From positions 39,449 through 103,448 of the forward strand of contig CAVTFE010000059.1 of assembly GCA_963733745.1 (NCBI GenBank): a DNA stretch of 64,000 nt. Direction: 5' to 3'. Numbering within the stretch: position 1 is the first letter of the stretch; every line of letters begins with the position of its first letter. This DNA is from an uncultured bacterium. GTDB lineage: Bacteria; Chloroflexota; Ktedonobacteria; Ktedonobacterales; JADMIN01. Positions 53,114-64,000 of the stretch are shown here, one piece after another. A program made the translations under genes and the position numbers. The notes beneath the pieces are model-generated. The model made no database searches. It was not told the DNA's origin and saw only the letters and a list, made by a program, of their open reading frames with translations.

Positions 53114-55729
53114 CTACGGTCGCAGGAAGAGATCTTTGACCGGGGTAAACGCGACGACGTGAATCGAAACGCTATTGGTGTAGTGCCACCCAGGATATCC
53201 GTCCTGCGACTGCGTCTCCCAGACTGGAACATAAACATAGCCTGCGGGCGCATAGGCAGTGAACTGGCCCTTCGAGTCGGCCACGGCTGCCACCTTAAAG
53301 AGGCTGGTGTCTTCCACACGGTCCTGGTGGAAAGCGTCCGCCTGGGCGTCTGTCTGGAAGCCAAAGAGCAGGAGGTGCGTTGTCGCCCCATAGAGGTATG
53401 ACGAGACAATCTGCCCGCTCACCGGCTCCGAGAATGCGGTCGCCATCGCGGCGTCAACTGAATCTGCCTGCGAGTAGGCAACCTGCTGGAGAATCAGGTT
53501 CATCGCTGTGATGTCTCCGCTCTTTCTGGCCGCCAGCGCGGGAGCCAGACCTTTGCCAGCGGCGTCCAGCACAGCCTTAGCGGAAGCCGCCGCCTTCGTG
53601 TCGGGATACGCTCGCGTCAGGGTCTGGAGCTTCGCACTCGCCTCATCTGGATGCTTGGCGACGATGAGGTCCTGCGCCCAGCCGATATACGCGACGCCGC
53701 TCGCCTCTTGTAGCGCCGCAGGGCATTCCGCGACGCAGTCACCGCTCGTTAGCGCAGCCTGGTATACCGCGATGGCCTGGTCAAAAGCGTGCGCGTCGAC
53801 GAGATGATCGCCCCATTCCTGGGTGACCTTGAAGCGCGCGGCGCGGTCGCTGTCGGCCATGGCGCGGGTTGGCGCGACCGTGATCGCCTGATGATAGCTC
53901 GCCACAGCGGTGGCGAAATCTCCATCATTGCGCGCCGTTTCCGCCAGGTCCACCTGCGTCCGGTGTAGGTCGGCGTTGGGAGCCGAGGCGTCGCGCAGTG
54001 TTGAGTATGCCAGCGTATAGGCGCCCTTATCCTCAAACCACCGCCCCTGTGTGGCGCCAACGCTCTGCCCATCGAAATATGCCCAACCGGCGACGACCAG
54101 CAACACGATGAGGACGGCGATATGCGCGCTCGGATTGCGATAGGCGCGGAACGCGCGCCAGAGGAGCGCGCCGACGGCGACGACCCCGACGAGCGCCATT
54201 ATGGCCGCCGCGAGATAGGCGTGCCGCCACAGTTGCGCGCCATCCAGGCGTGTCTCCAGCGCGCCAACCGCAAAGATGAGCGGAGGAAGCAGGACGAACA
54301 CGATCAGGTCCCATACTCTGGCGCCCGCGAGCCTGCGACGTCGCGGCGGAGCCGGATCGTTGAGAGGTACCGTCACTGGAGCGGCTACGCCCATAGAAGG
54401 CGCCGCTGTGGAAGGCGCCTGCGGCTCCAGATACTCCACAGGTTGCAGAGGCTGCGTCAGCGGCGCTGGCGCGCCCGCAGGAGCCGGAAGAGCTAGCGAA
54501 GCGGCGCGCTCGCCGCGTCGCGCCTGTCTTTTGCGCAGCCCTCGCAGCGAAATCTCGATGATCGCCACGATCATCGCCAGCAGGCCAAGCAGGATAGCAA
54601 GCTTGACCATGGCGTCAAAGAGAACGGCTTCACCACCTTCCGCGGCGAATGGTCGCGTCTGCGTCGCCAGGCCGCTGAGCTTGCCGGGCGTAAAGGCTTG
54701 CGGTGTGGCGAGGGTCGGGAACGTCGCTTTCGCGTGCGCGGACGCGCCAATTTTCAGCGAGCCTAGCCACTGGGATTTCAGGGTCTCCAGGTCCACGCCG
54801 AAGTTATTCATCGCGGCGTAGTCAATCTCGCCATCTAGGGTGTCATGCACGAAGCCCTGGAATTTGGCCTGTCCGTAGGTGGCCAGCATGTATTTGAGGA
54901 ACGCGCGCGACTCGGCGTAGCAGAGGTTGTCGGTGTCCGGATTGCGCGGATACTCCCAGTGGAAGAGCGTGAAGATGTCGACGAAACGACCAGAGGCAAG
55001 CGCGTTCCGGACGGCGGCGCTATCGTAGGAACCGTAGAGGCCATTGTCAGGAACATTGCTCTCGGCCAATCCTTCTGAGAGCCAGAGAGGGTAAAGGCGA
55101 TAGGTCAATTGTCCTCGCTCGTAGTTCTGGCTCACCAGCACGTGAGTGAGTTCGTGCGAGAAGACGGAGGTCGCGTCTGAGCCTGCGTAGACCGGCATAT
55201 AGACGGCAGAGCCATCATATGTGGTATAGGCGCCAGTGTTCTGCGGGCTATCTGGGGCCGCGCAAGCCAGGAATTCCGGCCGGGAGTTATAGATCCAGAT
55301 GTCTACATTTCGCTTGAGTGTCAGGCCAAGGCGCGCCTGGAGAGTATCGCGCAGGATACCCCCAATCTGGCCAAGGAGGCCATTCGCGCTCTCGCCCGAC
55401 CGGCGGTAGTAATGGAGCGTCACGAGATGGTCAGCTGATGTGGCGGTCTGAAATGGAAAATTACCGGGAGGCGAGGCGTTTGTCGTCTGGCGCATAGCGC
55501 TAGTGAGCGGCGACTGGAGGCGCGGACGCGGCAAGAGAACATTGCCGGCGTCAGCGGGCGGAGCGGCAGCTTCAGCCGCCACGGGGGCGGAGATTGAAGC
55601 GCTGGATACGCGCGCCGGAGAAACTGAGCGCGTGGGAGAGGATAGAAACTGCGCTGCCAGCCCCATAACCACGATCAGCAGCGACAGCGCAGCCAATCCA
55701 ACGAAAGCCTTCTTTGCGCAACTAAGCAA
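53114..55729 (-). CDS. Peptidase MA-like domain / TM / TPR-like multidomain membrane protein
   Basis: N-terminal signal/TM; HELTH...PLWLSEGLAE; 4 central TM helices; TPR-like helices (FATAVASYHQA, FDQAIAVYQAA, YPDT). Confidence 0.8.
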   Translation of the reverse strand: MLSCAKKAFVGLAALSLLIVVMGLAAQFLSSPTRSVSPARVSSASISAPVAAEAAAPPADAGNVLLPRPRLQSPLTSAMRQTTNASPPGNFPFQTATSADHLVTLHYYRRSGESANGLLGQIGGILRDTLQARLGLTLKRNVDIWIYNSRPEFLACAAPDSPQNTGAYTTYDGSAVYMPVYAGSDATSVFSHELTHVLVSQNYERGQLTYRLYPLWLSEGLAESNVPDNGLYGSYDSAAVRNALASGRFVDIFTLFHWEYPRNPDTDNLCYAESRAFLKYMLATYGQAKFQGFVHDTLDGEIDYAAMNNFGVDLETLKSQWLGSLKIGASAHAKATFPTLATPQAFTPGKLSGLATQTRPFAAEGGEAVLFDAMVKLAILLGLLAMIVAIIEISLRGLRKRQARRGERAASLALPAPAGAPAPLTQPLQPVEYLEPQAPSTAAPSMGVAAPVTVPLNDPAPPRRRRLAGARVWDLIVFVLLPPLIFAVGALETRLDGAQLWRHAYLAAAIMALVGVVAVGALLWRAFRAYRNPSAHIAVLIVLLVVAGWAYFDGQSVGATQGRWFEDKGAYTLAYSTLRDASAPNADLHRTQVDLAETARNDGDFATAVASYHQAITVAPTRAMADSDRAARFKVTQEWGDHLVDAHAFDQAIAVYQAALTSGDCVAECPAALQEASGVAYIGWAQDLIVAKHPDEASAKLQTLTRAYPDTKAAASAKAVLDAAGKGLAPALAARKSGDITAMNLILQQVAYSQADSVDAAMATAFSEPVSGQIVSSYLYGATTHLLLFGFQTDAQADAFHQDRVEDTSLFKVAAVADSKGQFTAYAPAGYVYVPVWETQSQDGYPGWHYTNSVSIHVVAFTPVKDLFLRP

Positions 55730-55925
55730 GTCGCCTCCGCCTCCCCATATTCACGCCTGCTCGAACGCCTCATCGCGTCCCACTGGCGGCGCCAGTATAA
55801 GGGTGCGGAGTAGAACTGGTCAATACGATCTTGTCGCCCTGCGGCAACCGGCCCCACACTGGTGCGACTCTCGTCACTCCTACTTCCCGCGTAAGCCCAG
55901 AGTCTGTGCGTGACGTGCTGGACGT

Positions 55926-57018
55926 TCAAGTCGTCAACCGCAGTCGCTCCATGGGTTTTTTGGGCACATCCAATGATATCCACGGACAGGATTTCCAACG
56001 CCAGCCTCTGCCTACCAACTGGAGTACAGGATGGCGTAATACAACGTGAAGATCGAGTGCTCGTTGCTGTTCCCCGAATACCAGATCCCGCCGTCGTTGT
56101 CGCTGTAAGCCTCGGTGGCGTTCCAGACGGTGTTCGTATCGGTGAGATAGCAACCGTGGCAGTAGTTCGGGGACGAGCCGGGATAAACGACGAAGTGCGT
56201 GGCGCCGGGCATCAAACCGCAGACCGCCGAAGTGGAGACGCTACTTGGCGCGCCCTTTCTTTCGCTGGAAGAGGTACACCCGTTGGACAGCAGTTCGTCG
56301 TTGTTGCTCGACATGGTGGTCCAGTCGGTGCCACCGTTTCCCTGGGGATTGCGCGCGAAGCCGGCGCGGAAACTCGTCGAGTTCATGTTGGACATGAGCG
56401 CGTTCGCTCGCTCCATCTGGCTGACCTCAACGCAATTGCCTGGACAACCCTGAAAATGGCTCCAGACCCAGGCGGAACCAGACTGCAGCCCTTGATGCGG
56501 GGCGCCTGCCGTCGCGACATCGCTCACCAGGAGGTATGGCGGGAAATAGCCGACATAGGGCGTATCGTTCATCGCCTGCCGGATGAGGATGCCGCCCATG
56601 CTGTGGCCCATGACCGCGACGGTCGTTCCGTACTGTGAATAATGGTCCCAGATATACCAGGCAAGAAGACACGTCGTGTGCCGGATGTCTTCGTTCACCG
56701 TGCCGTCGTTGCTCCCACTGTCGTACCAACTGGTACAGTGGGAGCTTTCCTGGCCGACGATAGTCGCCGCAGTTCGAATCGCCTCGATAGAACCCCACAC
56801 TGCGGACATTGGTATAGCCCTGATTACGGAAGTAGGTCTCGATGGTTCCCCCACATCGACCCGGTGTCGCAGTTCATTGCGGAACCGGTATTGAATCCAT
56901 GGATCAGTAGGACAGTCTGATTGAATGTACCTGCGCGCGCTTGTGGCGGACGCACGAACAGCAGACCAGCGCTGAGGAGGACGATGGCGACAAGCGCCAG
57001 AGCAAGACGTTTCGACAT
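55926..57018 (-). CDS. Secreted lipase/esterase-like alpha/beta hydrolase (frameshifted)
   Basis: Signal peptide ..QARA; VLLIHGF; GHSMGG; GAPHQG. Confidence 0.78.
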
Positions 57019-57083
57019 ATGGACGCCTTTCTTGTGTTCCAACGACGCTCCTCGCGGAGGAGGAGGAAACTCGTACGCACTGC

Positions 57084-58253
57084 TCAGTCGTCGAGCCAGA
57101 TGACCTGGCCTTGCGTGTCATATGCCCATAGCCGCGCTCCGTTCGCAGAGCCGTTATCGGAGAGGTTGGCGGCTGACTTGCTCGTGATCCTCGTCCACTT
57201 GCCGTTGTTGACCGCATAGGTCCCGTTGTCGAGCGAGACAATGGCCTTCTTGCTCTTGGCCGTCACATAGACGGCAGCGTTGGCGTTCCGCGCGTGCCAG
57301 CGAAGGTTGTGCCGTCCAAGTCGCGCCGCCATCGGTGGAGAGGGCGATCTGCTGGTTGTCGGCCGAGGTGGCGACCACGCGCGTTCCCGTCATCGCTGCT
57401 CGCGGTCGGGCCCAATTTGCCGCCGGGAGTGGAATTTGGGGAGACGCCCAACGATCTTACCTAGTCCGTGGTGGCCAGTCCGGTGACGTGCTGCGCCGCC
57501 GAGCCATCATCGCCCCAGGCCACGATCTTCTTGTTGTGTCCTGTCAGCAGGCGCAGATGCTTGATCGCCTTGCCGTTGAGCTTGCCATCTACGTCGAGAT
57601 GGGCGCTTGGCTGGCCCTTGGGGAAGGCGATCACCGCCGACGATCCTTGTAATTGGGCATCCAACTGGATGCCGAGGAGAAACGTCGAGTTAGACCAGCC
57701 AATCTGCGACACCTGGCCGGTCGTCGTGAGCGTCGTGGACTGGGTGGACCACGTCTTGCCGCCATCGAGCGAGCGTTGGAACATGTACTCCCCAGGCGTG
57801 GGCGCATACGCCGACAGCACGACGACATCCTGCGTATCAAGCGGATCGGTGGAGAGGAAGTCGCCCACTGGGCCGTTGAGCGTTCCCGCCTGCTGCCAGG
57901 TCACTCCGCGATCTGCCGTGGTGTAGATCGTCTGCGATTGTTTGTTGACGAACGCCACCGCATAGCCCTTGGCAGCCATCGGAGTTAGAGAAGGCAAAGC
58001 GCGTCACTTTGGTGGGCAGACCTTTCGCCACTGTCCACTTTTCGCTCGTGGGCGAGTTATCGGTCTTGTTCCCCTGGGGTTTCGTCGGCTCTGCTCCGGG
58101 TCCACCAGGGGAAGCGTTACCGGACGATTGCGCCAGCAGGAAAATGATGAGAAACGCCGCGACGACAATCAGTACGGGACCAAATAGAAAAATACGCGAG
58201 TAGGATGGAGCAGCCGTTGCTTTTCGCCTGACGTTCGCCTTCGAACGACGCAT
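57084..58253 (-). CDS. Membrane-anchored BNR/Asp-box beta-propeller protein (frameshifted)
   Basis: N-terminal TM; TADRGVTW, SLDGGKTW, STDGGATW Asp-boxes. Confidence 0.75.
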
Positions 58254-58396
58254 CACGCACCTCTTGCTTTCTCCCCCAGACCTTTCGCTACACGACGTTG
58301 CGGAACGAGCGGAGCGCCAGCAAACCTCTCCCGATTCCCGCTGGTTATGACAAGTTGGAGGGGCGAGCGCACACATCCGTTGTGAGCAGTTTACCG

Positions 58397-59575
58397 CTGA
58401 CACTCCGCACGGGCTAAAGCCCGACGGGTTCTCGGTTCTCCGCGCGGTTACTAACGTAACCCCTCCCCGAAGGGCCTGCCCGCGCCCGCTCTACGTTCTT
58501 GGCGGCGTTGTGGTCCCGATGCAGGCTCGTGCCACAATCCGGACACGAATGCCAGCGGACGGATAAGCCTTTGTGAACCATAGCGCCACAGCCAGAACAT
58601 CTCTGGCTGGTGTATGCGGGTTTGACCGCTTGTACTCGCTTCCCGGCGCTTGCAGCCTTGAAAGTGAGGATGGTCAAGGAACGACGCCCACCCTGCATCG
58701 GAGATGCTCTTGGCAAGGTGGTGATTCCTGACCATGTTGGCGACCCGCAAGTCTTCGTGATAGATCGTGTCGTACTGGCGTACCAGATGGAGCGCCGTTT
58801 TATGGTGAAAGTCCTGCCGCTGGCGGCGCACCGCCTGATGCGCCTTGGCGAGCAAGACCACCGCCTTGCGTCTGCGATGACTTCCTTTCTTACGCCGTGA
58901 GACACGCCGCTGGCATTTCGCCAGATATGCCTCTGCTTGGTGATAGCAGCCAGGAGAGAAGATGCGCGATCCGTCTGACAGCGTGGCGAACGCCTCGATG
59001 CCAAGGTCTATGCCCGTCTCCTGTGCGGTGGGTGGCAGTGGATGGGTTGGCACATCGACGCAGGAAATGGCGACATACCAGCCATCGGCTTCTTTAGAGA
59101 CCGTGATGGTCTTAGGCGTTCCCTCAATCAGGCGGCTCCAATGCACACTAATACGGCCAATCTTCGACAAGACGAGGACGCCATTATCCAGCGTGGCGCC
59201 GTTGCCGTATTCCTTGAAGGTGAAGGAATGGAAGCGGTTGCGCCCCTTGAAGCGGGGAAAGCCGGCCTTCTCGCCCCGTTGGACGCGGCGAAAGAACGCC
59301 TGATACGTCTTGTCGAGCCGAGCCAACACATCTTGCAGGATATGCGAGTGAATGGCGGCGTAGTCTGGAAACTCCGCGCGAATGGTTTTCAGCTCGGCTT
59401 CCTGCTCGTAGCGTGAGATGGAAACACAGTGACGCTGCCATGCGGTGATGCGCTGCTCTAACGCGGTGTTGTACAAATCGCGGCAACGCCATAGGACGTG
59501 CTCCAACACACGCTCTTGCACTGGTGTGGGACGCAGTTTCTCTTTGAATGTCCTGCGCACGATCTCCTGCTTCAT
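58397..59575 (-). mobile_element. tnpB: IS200/IS605-family element encoding full-length TnpB (no tnpA adjacent) with right end / omegaRNA region
   Basis: RTFKEKLRPT, PRFKG, RuvC GIDLG / YHEDL / HRDHNAA, CxxC..CxxC; one frameshift near 58680. Right-end hairpins end in CGGAGTGTCAG. Confidence 0.93.
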
Positions 59576-59749
59576 AGCTCCCTATTCTGCCTGATCGGCA
59601 TCGTAATGACAAGAGGGAAAGTCACAAGATCCTTACCGTGCGGGTGAACCTCAGCGGCTTGCGGCGGGCGAAAGCCCTTTGCTGCCAAGTATCCAGAGCG
59701 ATAGGTAAAATAAGTCGGCGCCTATGGGCAGGAAAGATGCAGGCAGATA

Positions 59750-59786
59750 AAGAAGCCCCATCCAGCCAGGGGAGCCAGATGGGGCT
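59750..59786 (-). terminator. Intrinsic terminator after the E1 gene
   Basis: AGCCCCATC...GATGGGGCT followed by TCTTT on the minus strand. Confidence 0.65.
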
Positions 59787-59806
59787 ATCGTGAGGTGTTT
59801 CGTCGC

Positions 59807-61914
59807 TCAGTCGCGGGCGAGATGGATCAGCGCGTCCTCGATGTCCTTCGCCGTCGGATAGAAGGCGGTCTCCTCCGGGCCATTGTAGGGCGCGGCGGGC
59901 GCAGCGATGGCGCGAATCAGGACCGGCGCGGCGTCAAGGTCGAAGAAGCAATTCTCGGTGATCCACGAGTGGATGTGCCGCCCGAAGCTCGTGAAGTCCG
60001 CCTCCTCCGTCACGACGACCGCGCGATTTGTCTGGCGCACCGAGGCCAGGATCGCCTCCTCGTCGAAGGGCGCGAGCGTGCGCAGGTCAATCACGTCCAC
60101 CGCGCCGCCCTGGTCCTGGGCGAAGCGCGCCGCCGCGATCGCCGACTCCAGGGCCATCATGCCCCAGCTCACCACCGTCGCGATGGGCTTGCCTGAGCCG
60201 ATGCGAATCGTGCGCGCCTTGCCAATCGGCTCAGTGTAGTAGCCCTCCGGCACGTTCCACAGCGCGGCAAGCTCCTCGATGGGCGCGCCGCCCTTCTGGG
60301 CGGTGGGCGCGTCGGCGCGATAGAGACCGGCCACGCTCCAGGAAGACCACCGGCGACTGCGAGCGCGACGCCTCGATCAGCAGGCCCTTCGCGTCGTACG
60401 GATTCGAGGGGCAGATGGTGATCAGGCCGGGGACATTGGTGAACCACTGCTCGCCTGCGTTCGAGTGGCCGAAGGCGCCGCCGCCAGAGCCGCTATCAGA
60501 GATCGGGCCGCCGCCGCCGGAGCCAGCTTTCATGCGCAGGAGCATCGGGCAGTTCCAGTCGCCGAAGGACTGGTAGTAGATGCGCGCCGCCAGCCGGATC
60601 GTCTGCGTGGCCGACTGGTGGTAGTCCACGAACTGAATCTCGCCGCAGCGCGCCTTGTCGTCGGCCATGCCGCAGCCGGCGGCGATGCCGGCGATGAGTT
60701 GCTCGTTGAGCGCGCTGCTGATCGCCGTGCCGGGATATTCCTTGACGAGCCGCGCCGTCGCGTTGAAGACGCCGCCAGTCGAGCTGCCGACATCCTGCCC
60801 GTAGACGAAGAAGCCAGGGTCGCGCTTGACGATCTCGACCAGCGCGTCATTGATCGCCTCGACCATCAGCGTCTTCTTCGTGGCGCCAGTGGGCCGGCTG
60901 CGGCTGGTACGCAGGAATCTGGATCACGCGCTCGATGACACGCGACTGGCGGGAACCTCAGGCTCGGCGAGGACCTCTTCTTCGGCGGCGTCGATGCGCG
61001 CCTTGATCTCGTCGCGCATGCGCTCGACCTCGTCTTCACTGGCCAGCCCGCGCTCAAGCAACATCTCGCGCAGGCGCTTGACGGGGTCTTTCGTGCGCGC
61101 CGTCTCCTCGATCTCCTCGCGCGTGCGGTAGCGGCGGATGTCGGTGCTGCTGGAGTGCGGATCGAGCAGGCCGCCGTGCAGGTGCATGAAGGCGGGACCT
61201 TCGCCCGCGCGCAGCCGCTTCGTGAGCGGACTTCGCGGTCTCGTAGACCTCGAACGGATCGACGGCGTTGACATCAACCGCGATGGCGTCCATCGCGCGG
61301 ACCTGCGCCGTGAGGTCGCCAGCCCACTGCGCCTGCTGCTCGGTCATGATCGCCCAGTGATTGTTCCATACGGTGATGAGGACGGGCAGCTTATGCACCG
61401 TCGCCTGGCGCAGCAGCACATTGAAGTCGTTGGTCGCCGCGCCGCCGTCGCCGGTGGAGAACATGACGACACGCCGTGTGCCGTCACGCTTGAACGCCCA
61501 GCCGACGCCGCCCGCGAAAGGCGCGAGGCCCGAAACCTCGCTAAAGGTGGGCAGGATATGGTGTTCGCGGCTGCTGTAGTGCGACGGCATGTTGCGCCCG
61601 GAGCACATCGGGTCGGTGACGCGCGAATAGGCGGCGCGCAGGACGCCATGCACGTCGTCGGTGCGCTGGAGCCAGCCGGCCAGGTCGCGGTAATAGAAGG
61701 AGAGCCAGTCCTCGCCGTCGAGCGCGGCAACCACGGCGGCCATCGACTCATGCCCCGCGCAGCCAATATAGAACGGGAACTTGCCCTGCGTCTTGCGCGC
61801 CTTGAGCGTGTCGTTCATCACGCGCGCGGTCAGCATCGTGCGATAGAGCGCGACCGGATCGAGGGCTGTCTGTGTTCCCGCGCCGACGCCCGGCGCCGTG
61901 ACATTCGTCGTCAT
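59807..61914 (-). CDS. 2-oxoacid dehydrogenase E1, fused alpha+beta subunits (several frameshifts)
   Basis: GHE, YYRD, GDGG..NN TPP motif, HSSSTD..YR, DP; then INDAL, GQDVG..GGVF, EIQFVDY, DAKGLL, DLRTLAP. Confidence 0.88.
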
Positions 61915-62108
61915 CGTCGAGACCTCTCCCTTGAGTGTCCTTGTGAATCTGTGATGGGGCTAGCTTTCGAGGGCGCCATGATGTATCGCATCCCCGCCAT
62001 TATAGTGGCCGCCCCGCCGCGAACGCAAACGGTCAGAGCGAGCGCAATATGGCAACGCCTTCACTTATGACGGCTGATGCCAGGGGAAAAGATCATGGAT
62101 AGACAGAA

Positions 62109-62794
62109 TCATGGTCTGTTGGCAAGGCCTGGCCCTCTTGGCGCAAATTCAGGGCAAAGAAACGTCTCTTGAACAATCAGCGCCTGTGGGTCGATCTCCT
62201 TCTTTATCAGATCGCCTTTACTCCTGGAACGCATGGCGTAGCGCAAACGCATGGCGTAGCGCAGCGTCATCTCTGAAGCAAAATAGACCACCATATAGCG
62301 GAGATCCGAGGGATCCATAATTGGCGCAAGCGCAGTAGTGACAGCAACGCAAGTACATGCCTTCAGGCAATGCAGTTTCGATCTCAAACAATTCATCGTC
62401 AAACCAGCCGTGCTTCCCACATGAGTGAAATGTCCGCTCTGCGACTGTCAAGACCAACTGTACCTCTTCTCGATCTATGCCTCCCCTCTTATCCAGCCTT
62501 GGGTCGCCAAGCTCTAAATGCACATGGGGCAGTCCGTCCAGCACTTCGTCGCCAAAGGCAACTGGCAGCGGTATATCGCATTCGATTTATGCACGAACAT
62601 AATGAACCGCAATACAAGGAAAATGGCGCGAGGTCCGGATCATCCTGGGCGATTGATGGCTCGAAGTCGTCGAACATCGTACCCGTGAACTCGACGCCGC
62701 GCACGACCATTCGCAGCGTCTTGCCGTCGTTCTCGATCACCGTAGCCTCTTCACCGTGCGCGTCGCGGTAGAGAGCAGGATAGCGCGTGATCAT
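62109..62794 (-). CDS. DUF6304-like hypothetical protein (frameshifted)
   Basis: YPALYRDAHGEEATVIENDG..RGVEF.G..FD; WFDDEL..I...LPEG..LRCC..C. Confidence 0.65.
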
Positions 62795-63300
62795 TCGTCA
62801 TGCTCCATCTGGTCGTCGTATGTCGCCACGATGACCCGCGCGCCGGTGACGGCCAGCAGGTCGCTCACGCGCAGGCGCAGGTTGACGCCGCGCTGCCCGC
62901 CGTTGATATAGAGTTCCTCCAGTTGCGCCGCCGGTGCGTCCACATAGACCTCGAAGCGCTTGTCGAGCAGAGCCAGCGGCGAGATGCCACCCACCTTCAG
63001 TCCCGTCAGCCGCTCGGCGTCGCGTTGCAGGGCCATATGCGCCGACTTCGCGCCCACCGACTTCGCCACCAGTCGCAGGTCCAGCTCACGGTCGCCGGGC
63101 GTCACGACGAGCAAATGGCGGCGCTCGTCGGCGATCACCACCAGCGTCTTGAAAACCTGCCCCGCCGGAATCCCTAATAGCTCTGCCACCTCCGTCGCCG
63201 AATGAATCGTGTCGGGATAGGTGAAGGTCGAATAGGGTATGTGACGAGCGTCCAGCGCGCGCATTGCGTTGGTCTTGGGCGTCCGATCCGACTTCGCCAT
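62791..63300 (-). CDS. ybaK: YbaK/EbsC aminoacyl-tRNA deacylase
   Basis: KTNAMRALD, VFKTLV, ELDL, TGLKVGGISP, GGQRG. Confidence 0.9.
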   Translation of the reverse strand: MAKSDRTPKTNAMRALDARHIPYSTFTYPDTIHSATEVAELLGIPAGQVFKTLVVIADERRHLLVVTPGDRELDLRLVAKSVGAKSAHMALQRDAERLTGLKVGGISPLALLDKRFEVYVDAPAAQLEELYINGGQRGVNLRLRVSDLLAVTGARVIVATYDDQMEHDE

Positions 63301-63306
63301 CGCAAA

Positions 63307-63738
63307 TCACCTATTGCTCGCAACTTCGTGGCCCGCCAGAAAAACGCCAGTTCTGTATGGGAACAGGCGCGTCTCCGACCAGAGCGCCATCTTCAGGGCG
63401 CCAGGCTCCCACTGATAGTGATATGTATCGTTGCGTGACGTATATAAGTGAACATGCGCGCCATCGCAATAGAGCGAATGGAGGAGCGTTTCAAATTTGG
63501 CGAGCCAGCGATCCCAGACATATTCCACTCTGTTGTGGGTCGCGCCGAAGACGATGATCTGCGCCATATACAGACTCGACGGCTGAGGAATGTGGAACAT
63601 GTCGCGTGTCATGGCTGGCCGCGTATCAGACTCCGGCAATTGTGCAATACGCACGGCGTTCTGTTCAGCCATCCAGATGTCTCGCTCGTAGAATGATGGG
63701 CCGATGATGCACCCGTAGACTTCTGTAATGTCGCCCAT
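63307..63738 (-). CDS. Hypothetical protein
   Basis: RBS AAGGAG before MGDITEVYGCIIG...WLAKFETLL. Confidence 0.6.
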   Translation of the reverse strand: MGDITEVYGCIIGPSFYERDIWMAEQNAVRIAQLPESDTRPAMTRDMFHIPQPSSLYMAQIIVFGATHNRVEYVWDRWLAKFETLLHSLYCDGAHVHLYTSRNDTYHYQWEPGALKMALWSETRLFPYRTGVFLAGHEVASNR

Positions 63739-64000
63739 ACACACGCTCCTTTGCCACGCATCATATGCGAATCTCGTCGTATAAGGCAAAGGGGCCAGAG
63801 GCGCGCCACCAGCCCATTCGTGCACGTAAAGTGTAGCGAGTTGCGCCCCTGCACGAGCAATGCTAGAATAGTGCGGATAGCGTACAGCACGAGACGTCAG
63901 ATGGGGAGCGATTCCCGCCACCCGCACACGCCCCGAACGAAATTCTGGACGGAAATGAGGTCAGCCACGTGGCCACGTTCACACCCTATCGCATCTATTT

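Noticed and set aside
55800-55875. SAM-I-like fragments (GGCAACC...GGTGC) on the plus strand
   Set aside because: No AUC..GAG/AGAU P1 elements and no downstream plus-strand gene; both neighbours are on the minus strand.
59608-59730. RNase P RNA or cobalamin riboswitch (GAGGGAAAGTC)
   Set aside because: Too short and lacks the other conserved regions; kept only as an unassigned structured element.
62228-62263. 18-bp tandem duplication (also a 10-bp duplication at 7340-7359) as a CRISPR or other array
   Set aside because: Only two adjacent copies and no spacers; simple slippage duplications. No CRISPR array or cas gene was seen in the window.
63820-64000. Possible RNA gene at the right edge
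   Set aside because: No tRNA cloverleaf or recognisable ncRNA motif could be built.

Overview
GC-rich bacterial chromosomal window. Gene content and TnpB style suggest Chloroflexota/Ktedonobacteria (inference). About 20 otherwise conserved genes carry single-base frameshifts, most likely long-read indel errors, so split ORFs are joined below and their coordinates are approximate. The left ~8 kb is an accessory region: an ECF sigma factor, an excisionase-like HTH gene and a divergent large serine recombinase (LSR). The LSR has convergent sense/antisense promoters in its leader, and its 3' end contains a 34-bp near-perfect copy (33/34) of an internal radC segment. That copy lies 4,453 bp from an apparently intact radC, in direct orientation. 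Between the two copies are a decayed LuxR-type ATPase regulator, a three-gene module (protealysin / atypical zincin-like membrane protein / emfourin) and the radC 3' half. The rest is mostly housekeeping and metabolism: a glycosylation cluster, nfi, a GH3 lipoprotein, eno, hicAB, an atu-like acyl-CoA catabolic cluster, metY, glpD, rlmD-maf-gluQ, a GABA/aminobutyraldehyde cluster with a PucR regulator, an MFS fusion, several secreted or membrane proteins, a fused 2-oxoacid dehydrogenase E1 and ybaK. There are two TnpA-less IS200/IS605 TnpB elements (one 5'-deleted) and REP-like repeats. No rRNA, tRNA or CRISPR array was seen.
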